From NCBI RefSeq assembly GCF_009557235.1, contig NZ_CP045650.1, positions 2,460,001-2,492,000 on the forward strand: 32,000 nt of DNA. Direction: 5' to 3'. The notes under the pieces are model-generated. The model was not told the DNA's origin. It made no database searches and worked only from the letters and a program-made list of their open reading frames with translations. Positions within the stretch are counted from its first letter, which is position 1. Every line of letters starts with the position of its first letter. Source of the stretch: Acinetobacter wanghuae (lineage in GTDB: Bacteria; Pseudomonadota; Gammaproteobacteria; Pseudomonadales; Moraxellaceae). Made by a program: the position numbers and the translations under genes. Of the stretch, positions 9,800-20,444 are shown piece by piece.

Positions 9800-12325
9800 A
9801 TGAAAAAGCTATCTTGTTCAGGCCTAGTTCATCCATTTTTTTTGATCATGATGATTATCATGCTCTCAATCCCAATGGGTTTTTACGGCATGTATCTCTA
9901 TATTGCCCCATCTTTACCCGAAATGTCTATGCTTAAAAAAGCACCACTGTTAAAGCCTTTACAAGTCTTTAGTTCGGACCAAAAACTCATTGCTGAGTAT
10001 GGTGGCAAACTGTCTGTACCCGTGGAATATGATCAAATTCCTAGTGAGTTCATTCATGCCTTTTTAGCCGCTGAGGATTCTAGCTTTTTCGAGCATAGTG
10101 GCATTAGTTTCAAAGGCTTAGGTCGTGCAGTCAGTGAAACCATTACTGGCTCCGATGTGCAAACGGGTGGTTCAACCATCACCATGCAAGTCGCAAAGAA
10201 TTATTATTTAAGCCCTGAACGGACTTTAAAACGCAAACTCACTGAAATTTTCCTTGCGCGTAAAATTGAACAAAATCTGACGAAAGAAGAAATTTTAACG
10301 CTGTATGTGAATAAAATTTTCTTAGGTAAGAATGCGTATGGCATCGCAGCAGCAGGCAAAATTTATTATAACAAGAGCTTAGATGAATTATCGTTAGCAC
10401 AAATGGCGATGATTTCAGGCCTACCCAAAGCACCTTCAAAATACAACCCTGTAGCCAATCCAAAACGGGCACTTGAACGTCGTAACTGGATTTTGGGTCG
10501 TATGCTACAACTCGGTTATATCCAGCAAAATCAATATCAAGCTGCTATTGCAGAACCCATTAACTTAGATATGCCAAACCGTAGTACTCGCAATGTATTT
10601 CCATACGTCGGAGAAATGGTACGTTCTGAACTGATTGAAAACTTCGGTGAGCAGGCGATTGATTCGGGTTATAAAGTCTATACCACCATCAATAGTGAAC
10701 GTCAGGCTTATGCCGAAGAAGCCGTTCAAAAGGGTTTAGAAGCCTATGATCGTCGCCATGGTTGGCGCGGTGCAGAAGCACACGATGAAGCTTTATCTAA
10801 TTTCCAAGCTTTTGCCAATACCTATCCTGCACAAGTCACTAAAGTGAATAGCAGTAGCTTTGAAGCGTTAATGCAAGATGGTTCAACGGTGACCGTACCT
10901 TGGTCAGGTATGTCATGGGCACGCCCCTATCGCAATGCCAATGCAGTGGGTAATGCACCCAGTAAAGCCAGTCAGATTGTTAAAGTTAAAGATATTATTC
11001 GCTTAAGACCGAATGCCGATAAAACTTCTTGGGCTTTAGTTCAAGTGCCTAAAGTGCAAGGCCAGCTAATTGCGATTAATCCAAACAATGGTGCAATTGA
11101 AGCTGTGGTCGGTGGTTATAATTTTTATCAATCCACATTTAACCGTGCAGTCCAAGGCTGGCGTCAACCGGGTTCAACCATTAAACCCTTTGTTTATGCT
11201 TTGGCTTTAGAGCGTGGTATGACCCCACACAGTATGGTCAGCGATAGCCCAATTACCATTGGAAAATGGAGCCCGCGTAACTCAGATGGACGTTATTTGG
11301 GAACAATTCCGTTACGCCGTGCACTGTATTTATCGCGTAATACCGTTTCTGTTCGTCTTTTACAAACCGTCGGCATTGAGCGTACACGTCAATTATTTAT
11401 GGACTTTGGTTTAGAAGATAAACAAATTCCACGTAACTACACCATTGCACTCGGTACACCCCAAGTACTCCCAATTCAAATGGCAACCGGTTATGCGACC
11501 TTTGCCAATGGTGGCTATCGTGTTCAACCGCATTTCATTAGTCGTATTGAAGATGCTTATGGCAATACCATCTTTGAAGCTAAACCTGAATATGCATGTA
11601 TTACCTGTATAAATGAGCCTGAAGCAGATACTGAAACTGCCGCAAGTGAAGCCATTACCCCAGATGATGAAGTGATTGAAATCACCAATTCAAATGTTGA
11701 TAAAAAACCAGTCGCTGCAAATAACCCAGAAAATAGCAACTATCGTCAAGCACAACGTATTTTAAAATCAAGTTCTGCTTTTGATATGGCGAATATTTTG
11801 CGTGACGTAATTCAACATGGTACGGGTCGTGCTGCGCTCAAAATTGGACGTAATGATATTGGGGGTAAAACAGGTACAACCAATGATGCTAAAGATGCGT
11901 GGTTTGCAGGTTTTAATGGCAAACTGGTCACTGTAGCATGGGTTGGATTTGATAAACCAACCACCCTCGGTCGTCGAGAATATGGTGGTGTTGCCGCTTT
12001 ACCAATTTGGACTGACTTTATGGCGAACGCATTAAAAGGTACACCAGAAGCTTGGGTACATTTAGATCGTCATGCCAAAGCACCATTAAATCGAACCAAA
12101 GTGGTTCAGGCTGAACCTGTTGATCCATCTTCACCACCAATGGCAACGCCTGCCTACCGCCCTGCCCCAGTGGTTGTGCCGAAACGGGTAGATAATGATT
12201 TTGAAGACTTACCAGGTCAAGAAATTAAAACGCCTGAGCAAGTACCTGCACCGGTTAGATCAGAGCAGCCCTTACAACCCAAAAAAGTAGATAACTTGGA
12301 TTCTTTAATTGAACAAGTTCGATAA
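9800..12325 (+). CDS. ponA: Bifunctional penicillin-binding protein 1A (glycosyltransferase/transpeptidase)
   Basis: 841 aa. Glycosyltransferase motifs are EDSSFFEHSGI, GGSTITMQ and RKLTE. Transpeptidase motifs are STIKP (SxxK), SRN (SxN) and KTGTT (KTG). The C-terminal tail is Pro-rich. Confidence 0.93.
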   Translation: MKKLSCSGLVHPFFLIMMIIMLSIPMGFYGMYLYIAPSLPEMSMLKKAPLLKPLQVFSSDQKLIAEYGGKLSVPVEYDQIPSEFIHAFLAAEDSSFFEHSGISFKGLGRAVSETITGSDVQTGGSTITMQVAKNYYLSPERTLKRKLTEIFLARKIEQNLTKEEILTLYVNKIFLGKNAYGIAAAGKIYYNKSLDELSLAQMAMISGLPKAPSKYNPVANPKRALERRNWILGRMLQLGYIQQNQYQAAIAEPINLDMPNRSTRNVFPYVGEMVRSELIENFGEQAIDSGYKVYTTINSERQAYAEEAVQKGLEAYDRRHGWRGAEAHDEALSNFQAFANTYPAQVTKVNSSSFEALMQDGSTVTVPWSGMSWARPYRNANAVGNAPSKASQIVKVKDIIRLRPNADKTSWALVQVPKVQGQLIAINPNNGAIEAVVGGYNFYQSTFNRAVQGWRQPGSTIKPFVYALALERGMTPHSMVSDSPITIGKWSPRNSDGRYLGTIPLRRALYLSRNTVSVRLLQTVGIERTRQLFMDFGLEDKQIPRNYTIALGTPQVLPIQMATGYATFANGGYRVQPHFISRIEDAYGNTIFEAKPEYACITCINEPEADTETAASEAITPDDEVIEITNSNVDKKPVAANNPENSNYRQAQRILKSSSAFDMANILRDVIQHGTGRAALKIGRNDIGGKTGTTNDAKDAWFAGFNGKLVTVAWVGFDKPTTLGRREYGGVAALPIWTDFMANALKGTPEAWVHLDRHAKAPLNRTKVVQAEPVDPSSPPMATPAYRPAPVVVPKRVDNDFEDLPGQEIKTPEQVPAPVRSEQPLQPKKVDNLDSLIEQVR

Positions 12326-12335
12326 CAAGACCAAT

Positions 12336-12366
12336 AAAAAAGCCCGCATGATTGCGGGCTTTTTTA
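12336..12366. terminator. Bidirectional rho-independent terminator between ponA and rlmA
   Basis: AAAAAA-GCCCGCA-TGAT-TGCGGGC-TTTTTT: a perfect 7-bp GC-rich stem flanked by an A-run and a T-run. Confidence 0.85.
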
Positions 12367-12376
12367 TGAAGCGAAT

Positions 12377-13180
12377 TTATTTCTTTTGGAAGATATAAAT
12401 CTGATATTGAGCATTGAGCTCAAATTGATCTTTAGCTTCTAAGGCTTCACGACGTTCGGCTTTTACCTTATAAGCATAAGGCGTCATCGCAATCAGATTT
12501 TTTAAATCCTGCTGTGCTAATCGCATTGGCGCATCGACAACAAGCTCATCCACCAAATCAAATGCATCTTGCAGCTGTTCAACGAATTTATGCGGCTCGT
12601 GTGGCTTCACCTCTTCAAACAAGGCTTCCCGCATGGCATACAAATGCTCTGGTGCAGGTGTCACTACCATTAAATAGCCTTCAGGTTTGAGCACACGTAA
12701 AATTTCTTGCTTTGGAATGGGACTAAATAAACTGGTACATAAATGAATTGAAGCATCGAGTACAGGCAAAGTTGCACCGGTTCCCACAACCCAAGTCACG
12801 TCTTGATTCAGTTTAGCCGCCACTTGCACTGCATTTTTTGCAATATCCACCCCCACACATTGCATGACTTCTTGCTGCATGGCATTGGTGTAATAGCCTT
12901 CACCGCAACCAACATCCAATAAATTTTCAATATGTAATTTACGGATTTTTTCGACTACAGCATGTTGAAGCGGTGCATAGTGTCCTGCACTTAAAAAGGC
13001 ACGACGTGCTTGCACAGACTCAGGCGTATCACCCGGATTTTTACTGTGCTTATGCTGAACCACATGTAAGTTCACATAACCTTGTTTAGCCACATCATAA
13101 CTATGATTATTGACGCATCGCCATGTTCTTTCACTGAGCTTCAACTGCTCACGACAAACGGGGCACATGAGTAAGTTCAT
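12377..13180 (-). CDS. rlmA: 23S rRNA (guanine745-N1)-methyltransferase
   Basis: It has an N-terminal Zn-binding CPVC...C..NH motif, then YDVAKQGYVNL, ARRAFL..GHY and the SAM motif LDVGCGEGYY. I place the start at MNLLMCPVC (ATG 13178-13180, with GGAG 8 nt upstream). The longer track ORF (to 13213) would run into the mraY terminator. Confidence 0.82.
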   Translation of the reverse strand: MNLLMCPVCREQLKLSERTWRCVNNHSYDVAKQGYVNLHVVQHKHSKNPGDTPESVQARRAFLSAGHYAPLQHAVVEKIRKLHIENLLDVGCGEGYYTNAMQQEVMQCVGVDIAKNAVQVAAKLNQDVTWVVGTGATLPVLDASIHLCTSLFSPIPKQEILRVLKPEGYLMVVTPAPEHLYAMREALFEEVKPHEPHKFVEQLQDAFDLVDELVVDAPMRLAQQDLKNLIAMTPYAYKVKAERREALEAKDQFELNAQYQIYIFQKK

Positions 13181-13198
13181 TGGGTTCTTTCTCCAAAA

Positions 13199-13228
13199 TA
13201 AAAAAGCCGGCATACGCCGACTTTTTCA
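13199..13228 (-). terminator. Rho-independent terminator after mraY
   Basis: The minus strand reads AAAAA-GTCGGC-GTAT-GCCGGC-TTTTTT, starting about 10 nt after the mraY stop. Confidence 0.75.
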
Positions 13229-13238
13229 AAGGTATGTC

Positions 13239-14357
13239 TTAACGTAATTTTAAAGTCATTAGACCCAAAACCACCAACATAATAGTAATAATCCAGAAAC
13301 GGATCACAACTTGTGTCTCGCGCCAGCCTTTTTTCTCATAATGATGATGCAACGGCGCCATCAGGAATACACGTTTATTCCGCATACGCAATGAACCAAT
13401 TTGCAGGAATACTGAAATTGCTTCAACCAAGAACACACCCGCCATAATCGCAAACACGATTTCTTGACGAACCATGACAGCAATCGTACCAAGCATTGCA
13501 CCTAATGATAATGCACCAACATCACCCATAAAGACTTGTGCAGGATGCGCATTAAACCAAAGGAATGCTAAGCCCGCACCAATCATAGCGGCACAAATGA
13601 CCACAAGTTCAGACGAGTATTTCACATACGGAATATGCAAATACGTCGCGAAACGTACATCACCTGCTAAGTAAGCAAATACACCTAAACCTGTTGCAAC
13701 CAACACAATCGGCATAATGGCTAAGCCATCGAGACCATCGGTAAGGTTGACCGCGTTTGAGGCACCATTAATCACGAAGTAAGTGAAGATGATGAAACCA
13801 ATGCCAAGCGGAATTGCTGAGAATGGAATGCTATGATCTTTAAAGAATGGAATTAAAAGATCGAGCATATTCGCTGTATGGACGGGATTGGTTTGTTGCT
13901 GTGCAATCACATAGAGTGCAATACCGACACCTAAAGCACCCACAGAAGTCCAAAAGAATTTCTTACGTGCAGGCAGACCAGCATTGTCTTTATAACGGAT
14001 TTTAATCCAGTCATCCGCCCAACCGACGGCACCAAAGATCACCATCACAGCAAGTACAATCCAGACATAAGGATTAGATAAATCTGCCCAAAGTAAGGTC
14101 GAAATACCAATAGATAGTAAAATCAGCACACCACCCATGGTCGGTGTACCCATCTTTTTAGCATGGTTTTCAGGGGCAAATGAACTCACTGCCTGACCAT
14201 ATTTCAAAGCTTGCAGCTTACGAATCATGATCGGACCCAGCACTAAACCAATCGTCAATGCAGTCAATACACTGAGTAACGCGCGCAGCGTTAAATAACG
14301 AACCACCTGAAACGTGCTGTCATAGCCCGCCAAATGTTCAAATAGCCATAACAGCAT
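13239..14357 (-). CDS. mraY: Phospho-N-acetylmuramoyl-pentapeptide transferase
   Basis: 372 aa polytopic membrane protein with [13 protein letters not shown] and the HHHYE motif. It directly abuts the murF stop. Confidence 0.95.
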   Translation of the reverse strand: MLLWLFEHLAGYDSTFQVVRYLTLRALLSVLTALTIGLVLGPIMIRKLQALKYGQAVSSFAPENHAKKMGTPTMGGVLILLSIGISTLLWADLSNPYVWIVLAVMVIFGAVGWADDWIKIRYKDNAGLPARKKFFWTSVGALGVGIALYVIAQQQTNPVHTANMLDLLIPFFKDHSIPFSAIPLGIGFIIFTYFVINGASNAVNLTDGLDGLAIMPIVLVATGLGVFAYLAGDVRFATYLHIPYVKYSSELVVICAAMIGAGLAFLWFNAHPAQVFMGDVGALSLGAMLGTIAVMVRQEIVFAIMAGVFLVEAISVFLQIGSLRMRNKRVFLMAPLHHHYEKKGWRETQVVIRFWIITIMLVVLGLMTLKLR

Positions 14358-15761
14358 TTAGAGTTTCTCCATCAATGCAGCCATCAATGTTTCCATATGG
14401 GTAAAACGCGACCCCTTAAACAGGAAAGACATGGACTGAGGTTGATGTGTTTCAATCAAATTAATTAAAAATGGCAATGCCTGCTCTTGATTTAAGAAGG
14501 CCTGCATTTTCTTACCATATTGGGTACTCCGAGCACCTTCTTGTGCAGCAGGCGCAAACTCACCCACTGTCACGACAAAGTTAAGCCCTTTCACCGAAAC
14601 CAAATCACGACCCAGCTTATAATGCTCAATCGCAGCTGATGCCCCAAGTTCGCCAATATCACCCATGACCATGACACGAATGCCATCTTGCTGTGCCAAA
14701 ACATCTGCAGCAGCACGCATTGAGGTTGGATTGGCGTTATAGGTATCATCAATAAATAAAAATTCTTTATGCTTGATAAAGTTTAAACGACCTTTTGCAC
14801 CGACTGCATGCTCAAGCCCCACCACAATATCATCAAGTCCAATACCAATCGACAATGCAAATGCAGCAGCAGCTGTCGCATTTTGTACATTGTGTTCACC
14901 TGCAAATGGCAGATTCACAACTTTTGCACCTTGCGGTGTATTTAAAGTAAATGTTGCAGATTGAGATTGCAGTTCAATATTTGTAGCAAAAACATCACCA
15001 TCTTGCCCAAAGCTCATGACATGATCGGTTTTTACCGCATTACGAATGTCTTGAGCAAAATCATCATGCGCAGGCACAATCGATGTCTCAGAAATATGCG
15101 CATAAATTTCAGATTTAGCACGGCAGATGCCATCACGCCCACCAAACTCACCCATATGTGCAGTTCCGATATTCAGAATGCCCGCCACATGGGGTTGAAC
15201 TAAATTTGAAGTATAATCAATCTCACCTTGATGACTTGCACCAAGTTCCATGACTGCATACTGATGCTCAGCACGAAGTTCGAGCAGCATCATTGGCACA
15301 CCCAAGTCATTATTGAGGTTACCACGTGTCACGAGCGTCGGTGCGAGACGAGATAAAATACTACCGAGCATTTCTTTAGTGGTGGTTTTGCCACTACTAC
15401 CCGTTAATGCAATCACCTTGAGCTGTGAATTTTGAGCACGACGATACGCGCCTAAAGCACCCAATGCCAAACGTGTATCTTCAACCACAAGCTGACAGAT
15501 ATCTGCGTCAACGGCTTGGCTCACGATTGCAATTTGACAACCTTGTTCTGCCACTTGCGCGACAAAATCATGCGCATCAAAGCGTTCACCTTTGAGGGCT
15601 AAAAAAGCATCTCCTGCTTCTGCATGGCGGGAGTCAGTTAAAATTCGCTTAATCTCACCGACAGGCGCACGGTCATTCAACCAATAACCTTGGGTCGCTT
15701 GTGCAAGTTGTGCTGCTGTCCAAGGTTCAAGAGTCGCGGTACTGGTCGTTGAAGTATGCAT
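14358..15761 (-). CDS. murF: UDP-MurNAc-tripeptide--D-Ala-D-Ala ligase
   Basis: 467 aa with the Mur ligase P-loop TGSSGKTTTKEM and DDTYNANP. It lies between murE and mraY. Confidence 0.93.
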   Translation of the reverse strand: MHTSTTSTATLEPWTAAQLAQATQGYWLNDRAPVGEIKRILTDSRHAEAGDAFLALKGERFDAHDFVAQVAEQGCQIAIVSQAVDADICQLVVEDTRLALGALGAYRRAQNSQLKVIALTGSSGKTTTKEMLGSILSRLAPTLVTRGNLNNDLGVPMMLLELRAEHQYAVMELGASHQGEIDYTSNLVQPHVAGILNIGTAHMGEFGGRDGICRAKSEIYAHISETSIVPAHDDFAQDIRNAVKTDHVMSFGQDGDVFATNIELQSQSATFTLNTPQGAKVVNLPFAGEHNVQNATAAAAFALSIGIGLDDIVVGLEHAVGAKGRLNFIKHKEFLFIDDTYNANPTSMRAAADVLAQQDGIRVMVMGDIGELGASAAIEHYKLGRDLVSVKGLNFVVTVGEFAPAAQEGARSTQYGKKMQAFLNQEQALPFLINLIETHQPQSMSFLFKGSRFTHMETLMAALMEKL

Positions 15762-15773
15762 GTTCTGATCCTT

Positions 15774-17270
15774 TTACTGTGCAGGATATGCTGAATCGGT
15801 ATTGTGAAGTTGGGCATCAATCGCAGCTTGAACTTCGACCACATCATCAAACCAATGACGTACTCCATCAATTTCTTGATAGTTCTCATGTCCCTTACCA
15901 GCAATGACGACAATGTCCCCTGCTTTGGCATGCGCTATAGCAAACTTGATTGCCTCACGACGGTCATGAATCTCATGATAAGTCTTCGCTGAAAAATCAA
16001 TACCTTGTTTCATATCAGCAAAGATTTGTTCAGGATTTTCAGTGCGTGGATTATCTGAGGTTAAAACTGCGATATCCGCACCGTCTAATGCAGCTTGCGT
16101 CATGAGTGGTCGTTTACCGCGATCACGATCGCCGCCACAGCCAAACACTGCCCATAAATCATGAGCAACATGACGTTTAAGCGTAGCGAGTACTTGAGTT
16201 AAAGCGTCCGGTGTATGGGCATAATCCACAATGAATAAGCGATCTGCATCACGTATCACTTGCATACGCCCCGGTGCACCTTTCAACTGAGGGACAATAG
16301 CAATCAAACTTGATAAATCGAAACCAGCTTGTTCTGCTACGATTAAACTCGCCACCAAATTTTCAATATTAAAATGACCAATCAGCGGACTTTTTACGGT
16401 CATTTCTTGATGTTGAGTAATCAGTTTAAATTCAGCACCTGAAATTTGGTATTGAATATCAGTAACTTGATAGTCCGCTGCTTGAGACAATGAATAGGTG
16501 AGAATTTTAGGTTGGCTTGGATTCGCTCTTGCCGCCTCAATCATGACATCGGCATGTGCATCATCGAGATTCATCACGGCAACTTTTAAACTTTCAAATT
16601 TAAATAGACGTGATTTCGCTTCCGCATATGCCTCTAGAGTACCGTGATAATCCAAATGATCACGACTGAGATTGCTATACGCTGCAATTTCAATGGCACA
16701 GCCATTTAGGCGACCTTGCTCTAAACCATGTGAACTGGCTTCAATAGAGGAAAATTCAGCTCCTGCTTGCGCATAGCTATGTAATGCATTTTGCAGTTGA
16801 AGCGCATCTAAAGTGGTATGCGATGATGATTCTAAATTCGGTAAAATCCCATTGCCTGTCGTGCCCATCACAGCACAGGCTTTGCCTTGCAGCATAATCA
16901 GTTCAGCCACCAAGCGAGAAATGGTCGTTTTGCCATTGGTACCCGTGACTGCCAATATGCGCGCGGCTTGAACTGGCTTCGTCGCTTGTAGATATTGCTT
17001 TTGCCATGCACCCATTAAATGACGTACATCAGGCACGACAATACTTGGATAAACCCCAAGTTCAACTTCTGAAATGACGGCCAAAGCACCTTGATCTAAG
17101 GCTTTTTGTGCAAATTCAGCTGTTTTTTCTGGTTGTGAAAAACTAGTTAAAGCAATAAAAATTTGCCCTAACTGGACTTTACGACTGTCTAATTCAAAAC
17201 CATGAAAGGCTTGATTGATCCATTCAGCAGTATCTTGAACGGCGTAGATATCTTTAAATGTAATAGACAT
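15774..17270 (-). CDS. murE: UDP-MurNAc-L-Ala-D-Glu--2,6-diaminopimelate ligase
   Basis: 498 aa with P-loop TGTNGKTT, DYAHTPDAL and the DNPR motif typical of meso-DAP-adding MurE. Confidence 0.93.
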   Translation of the reverse strand: MSITFKDIYAVQDTAEWINQAFHGFELDSRKVQLGQIFIALTSFSQPEKTAEFAQKALDQGALAVISEVELGVYPSIVVPDVRHLMGAWQKQYLQATKPVQAARILAVTGTNGKTTISRLVAELIMLQGKACAVMGTTGNGILPNLESSSHTTLDALQLQNALHSYAQAGAEFSSIEASSHGLEQGRLNGCAIEIAAYSNLSRDHLDYHGTLEAYAEAKSRLFKFESLKVAVMNLDDAHADVMIEAARANPSQPKILTYSLSQAADYQVTDIQYQISGAEFKLITQHQEMTVKSPLIGHFNIENLVASLIVAEQAGFDLSSLIAIVPQLKGAPGRMQVIRDADRLFIVDYAHTPDALTQVLATLKRHVAHDLWAVFGCGGDRDRGKRPLMTQAALDGADIAVLTSDNPRTENPEQIFADMKQGIDFSAKTYHEIHDRREAIKFAIAHAKAGDIVVIAGKGHENYQEIDGVRHWFDDVVEVQAAIDAQLHNTDSAYPAQ

Positions 17271-17281
17271 TGATCACCTAT

Positions 17282-19108
17282 TTACTGAACGTTGGGAGAT
17301 TCTAAAGGTTTGTCCAATGGGACATTCAATAAGCGCAATGATTCTTGCATCACACGCGCAAATACAGGTGCGGCAACCAAACCACCATAATATTGACCCG
17401 TTGGGTTTTCGACCACAATCACCATGGCTAAACGCGGGTTACTGACCGGTGCCATCCCTGCAAACAAGGCACGATATTCACTTTGTGAATAGCCTTTACG
17501 GTCTGCACGCAGTTTATGCGCTGTACCTGTTTTACCTGCCACACGATAGCCCGGAATATTGGCTTGACGTGCTGTACCACCGGGTAGCGTCACTGCTTCC
17601 ATCATATGCAATACTTGATCGGCAATTTTTGGATCAACCAGTTGCTCGCCTTTAGGTTGCTGCTCAAGTTTGTATAAACTTAACGGCATTTTAAGCCCTT
17701 TATTGGCAAGCATCGCATATGCATCGGCAACTTGTAGCACTGTTGCATTTAAGCCATAACCATAGGACATGGTTGCTACTTCAGAGATATTCCATTTACT
17801 TGGTGGCAAAATCAAACCAGCACTTTCACCCGGGAATTTGACTGCTGAACGTTGACCAAACCCGAGACGTTTATAGAATGTTGGTAGCGTTTGATACGGT
17901 AGAGATAAGCTGATTTTAGCCACACCCACGTTAGAAGATTTTTGAATAATTCCGCCTAAGGTTAAAGGACCGTAGTTATGCGTATCACGGATGGTATGGT
18001 TACCAATGCGCATAGAACCCGGTGAGGTATTCACCACCGTATTGGCATTGTATTTACCACTTTCCAATGCCATCGCAACGGTCAATGGCTTCATGGTCGA
18101 ACCCGGCTCAAACGAGTCAATCGCACCACGGTTACGCATGGCATCTTTATTCACAAAGCCATTTTTATCATTTGGGTTATACGACGGCCATGAAGTCATC
18201 GCCAAAATTTCACCCGTTTTGACATCAACCGCAATTGCTGATGCAGAACGTGCATTATTCGCCACACCGGCAGCAGTGAGTTCACGATACAAAATATATT
18301 GCAGACGTGAATCAATACTCAAAGTGATGTTTTCACCGGCTTCCACTTCTTTAATGACTTCAGGGTCTTTAACACGATTACCCTTTTTATCTCGGACAAT
18401 TTGCTGTTCGCCATCTTCACCAGAAAGACGCGAATTCAGCTGCATTTCTAAACCTTCAATCCCCATCCCTTCACTATTGGTTAGACCAATAATTTGTGAG
18501 TTTGGTTGTGGTTGCGGGTAATAACGTTTATAGGTTTTCTCTGCGTAAACCCCTTGGAATTTACGTGCAATAATCAGTTCTGCTTGTTGTGGCGGTACTT
18601 CTTTTTTCAAAATGAGATAACGTGAACGTGGACGTTCTTGCATTTTTTTACGTAGTAGCGCGCGATCCATGCCAACTGCATCGGCAAGTTCATCTAAGTT
18701 CAGGTTTTTATCGGGCAGTTGACGTTTCAGCTTGCGATTATTCGGCTCTTTTTGTAACGCGAGCATGGTCTCGTCATAGAGCTTTTTATTTTCAAAATAA
18801 TCACGCGGATCAATCACCAATTTCATAATTGGGGTACTGATTGCCAAAGGCACACCATTGCGGTCGTAGATTACCCCGCGCATGGCTTTAATCTTATCGG
18901 TTCTTAAAATGTTGGCATTGGCTTTATTTTGCAAAAAGTCTTTGTTAATAACTTGCACGTAAAAAGCACGACCAATTAATGCAATAAAGCATGCCAACAC
19001 CACTGCCCACATGATATAGAAACGATTCATATCGACATTTAAGGTATTTTTATTGGTCACAGATTGCTGTTTTTTGCGTACTGTTTGCTTTGTTTTCTTG
19101 TCTACCAT
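17282..19108 (-). CDS. ftsI: Division-specific transpeptidase PBP3
   Basis: 608 aa with an N-terminal TM anchor and the STMKP (SxxK), SSN (SxN) and KTGTA (KTG) motifs. It lies between ftsL and murE. Confidence 0.92.
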   Translation of the reverse strand: MVDKKTKQTVRKKQQSVTNKNTLNVDMNRFYIMWAVVLACFIALIGRAFYVQVINKDFLQNKANANILRTDKIKAMRGVIYDRNGVPLAISTPIMKLVIDPRDYFENKKLYDETMLALQKEPNNRKLKRQLPDKNLNLDELADAVGMDRALLRKKMQERPRSRYLILKKEVPPQQAELIIARKFQGVYAEKTYKRYYPQPQPNSQIIGLTNSEGMGIEGLEMQLNSRLSGEDGEQQIVRDKKGNRVKDPEVIKEVEAGENITLSIDSRLQYILYRELTAAGVANNARSASAIAVDVKTGEILAMTSWPSYNPNDKNGFVNKDAMRNRGAIDSFEPGSTMKPLTVAMALESGKYNANTVVNTSPGSMRIGNHTIRDTHNYGPLTLGGIIQKSSNVGVAKISLSLPYQTLPTFYKRLGFGQRSAVKFPGESAGLILPPSKWNISEVATMSYGYGLNATVLQVADAYAMLANKGLKMPLSLYKLEQQPKGEQLVDPKIADQVLHMMEAVTLPGGTARQANIPGYRVAGKTGTAHKLRADRKGYSQSEYRALFAGMAPVSNPRLAMVIVVENPTGQYYGGLVAAPVFARVMQESLRLLNVPLDKPLESPNVQ

Positions 19109-19123
19109 GTGAACGCGCTAGCC

Positions 19124-19456
19124 TTATTTTTTAGCATCTGAAGTTTGCGGTAATGAGATTACAACGGTTTGATTAATCGGCGGTGAATACATACGCAATT
19201 GAGTCACTGCACGCGTACCAATTTGCGCTGTCGCACCAAAGGTCTGCTGCTCGATCAGTAAACGTCCCCATTCCGCGTTTAAATCATCACGTTCACGCAT
19301 GTATGTACTGAGTTTTCGATAATCTTGACGATATTCAAAAACTTGGAACACCACAAAAATTGCACTCACAAACACCATTAAAAGTAAAATGGCATAGGTC
19401 ATGCTTTTTTTAAGCCGCAATCTATCCGTTTTTTTGTCGACCACTTCAGTTCTCAT
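19124..19456 (-). CDS. ftsL: Cell division protein FtsL
   Basis: 110 aa from MRTEVVDKK, with one TM helix and a coiled-coil/leucine-zipper-like region (EWGRLLIEQQTF). I use the ATG at 19454-19456, 7 nt after the rsmH stop. The track ORF start at 19501 would overlap rsmH by 38 nt. Confidence 0.8.
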   Translation of the reverse strand: MRTEVVDKKTDRLRLKKSMTYAILLLMVFVSAIFVVFQVFEYRQDYRKLSTYMRERDDLNAEWGRLLIEQQTFGATAQIGTRAVTQLRMYSPPINQTVVISLPQTSDAKK

Positions 19457-19463
19457 TATTCGT

Positions 19464-20378
19464 CTATGGAGCCAAACGTTCAGCAACACGCAACCATGCA
19501 CTACGTGAACGTGGATTGGCTTTCACTTCTTCATCACTGGCTTTGACACGTGACACTTTCTTTAAACGTCGTGTATCTTTTTGCTGCCCCGGCATACCCC
19601 AACCAAAGTCTTCATCTAAGGTCGATTCTTTTTGAATAAACTGTTTAATCAAACGATCTTCTAAAGAATGGAAGCTAATCACTGCCAAACGTGCCTCAGG
19701 TTTCAGTACTTCAACCGCTTGCGGTAGGAATACGTCAATATCTTCTAATTCTTTATTAATAGCAATACGAATGGCTTGGAAAGTACGTGTGGCTGCATGT
19801 TTGTTCTTTTCCCATTTCGGATGGGCAACTTTCACAATTTCAGCCAGTTGCGCTGTCGTATCAATGTAGCCTGCGTTCTTAATCGCTTTGGCAATACGGC
19901 GGCTATAACGCTCCTCACCATATTTATAAATCACATTGGCTAAGTCTTCTTCTTCAATATTGACCAACCATTCAGCAGCTGTTGGACCTTTTGAGTTATC
20001 CATACGCATGTCTAAAGGTCCATCCTTCATAAAGCTGAAACCACGTTCTGCTTGATCAAGCTGCGGTGATGACACGCCTAAATCCGCCATCACACCATCA
20101 ACAAACTCAATGCCACGCGCATGTAATTCTTGTTTCAAATCCGCAAAGCTGGCATGAATAATTTTAAAGCGTGAATCTTCTTGTTCTAAAATCGCGGCTG
20201 TCTCTAAAGCTTGCGGGTCTTTATCAAAGCCGTAAACACGTGCATTTTCGTCTAATTTTGACAGCAGTTCGCGTGTGTGACCACCACGACCAAAGGTTCC
20301 ATCCACATAAACTCCCGTACTGCGACCTGCCAATAAGGCATCAACCGTTTCATGAAGTAATACAGAAATATGTGACAT
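19464..20378 (-). CDS. rsmH: 16S rRNA (cytosine1402-N4)-methyltransferase
   Basis: 304 aa with HISVLL, the VDGTFGRGGH SAM motif and SFHSLEDR. It is the first gene of the dcw cluster here. Confidence 0.93.
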   Translation of the reverse strand: MSHISVLLHETVDALLAGRSTGVYVDGTFGRGGHTRELLSKLDENARVYGFDKDPQALETAAILEQEDSRFKIIHASFADLKQELHARGIEFVDGVMADLGVSSPQLDQAERGFSFMKDGPLDMRMDNSKGPTAAEWLVNIEEEDLANVIYKYGEERYSRRIAKAIKNAGYIDTTAQLAEIVKVAHPKWEKNKHAATRTFQAIRIAINKELEDIDVFLPQAVEVLKPEARLAVISFHSLEDRLIKQFIQKESTLDEDFGWGMPGQQKDTRRLKKVSRVKASDEEVKANPRSRSAWLRVAERLAP

Positions 20379-20415
20379 ACAGACTCAATCAATGGGGCTA
20401 AAAATTTAACTGCAC

Positions 20416-20444
20416 ATTATCACTCTGTTTAGCCAAAGCTCCAA
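20416..20444 (-). promoter_or_regulatory. Candidate sigma70 promoter for rsmH/dcw operon
   Basis: The minus strand reads TTGGAG-17 nt-GATAAT, about 35 nt upstream of the rsmH ATG. Sequence match only. Confidence 0.3.

Noticed and set aside
17991-18521. 176-aa plus-strand ORF antisense to ftsI. Similar antisense or alternative-frame ORFs occur inside pilQ, pilM, ponA, mraY, murF, murE, sbp, ettA, gltX and metY.
   Set aside because: All are nested in strongly supported genes. They have no SD or recognisable motifs, and the length is expected by chance opposite a long ORF.
19457-19501. Longer FtsL ORF (start 19501), and longer RlmA ORF (13213) and transposase ORF (TTG at 24953)
   Set aside because: Each extension overlaps the upstream gene or a terminator and lacks an SD. 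Internal ATGs have better context and match the conserved N-termini.
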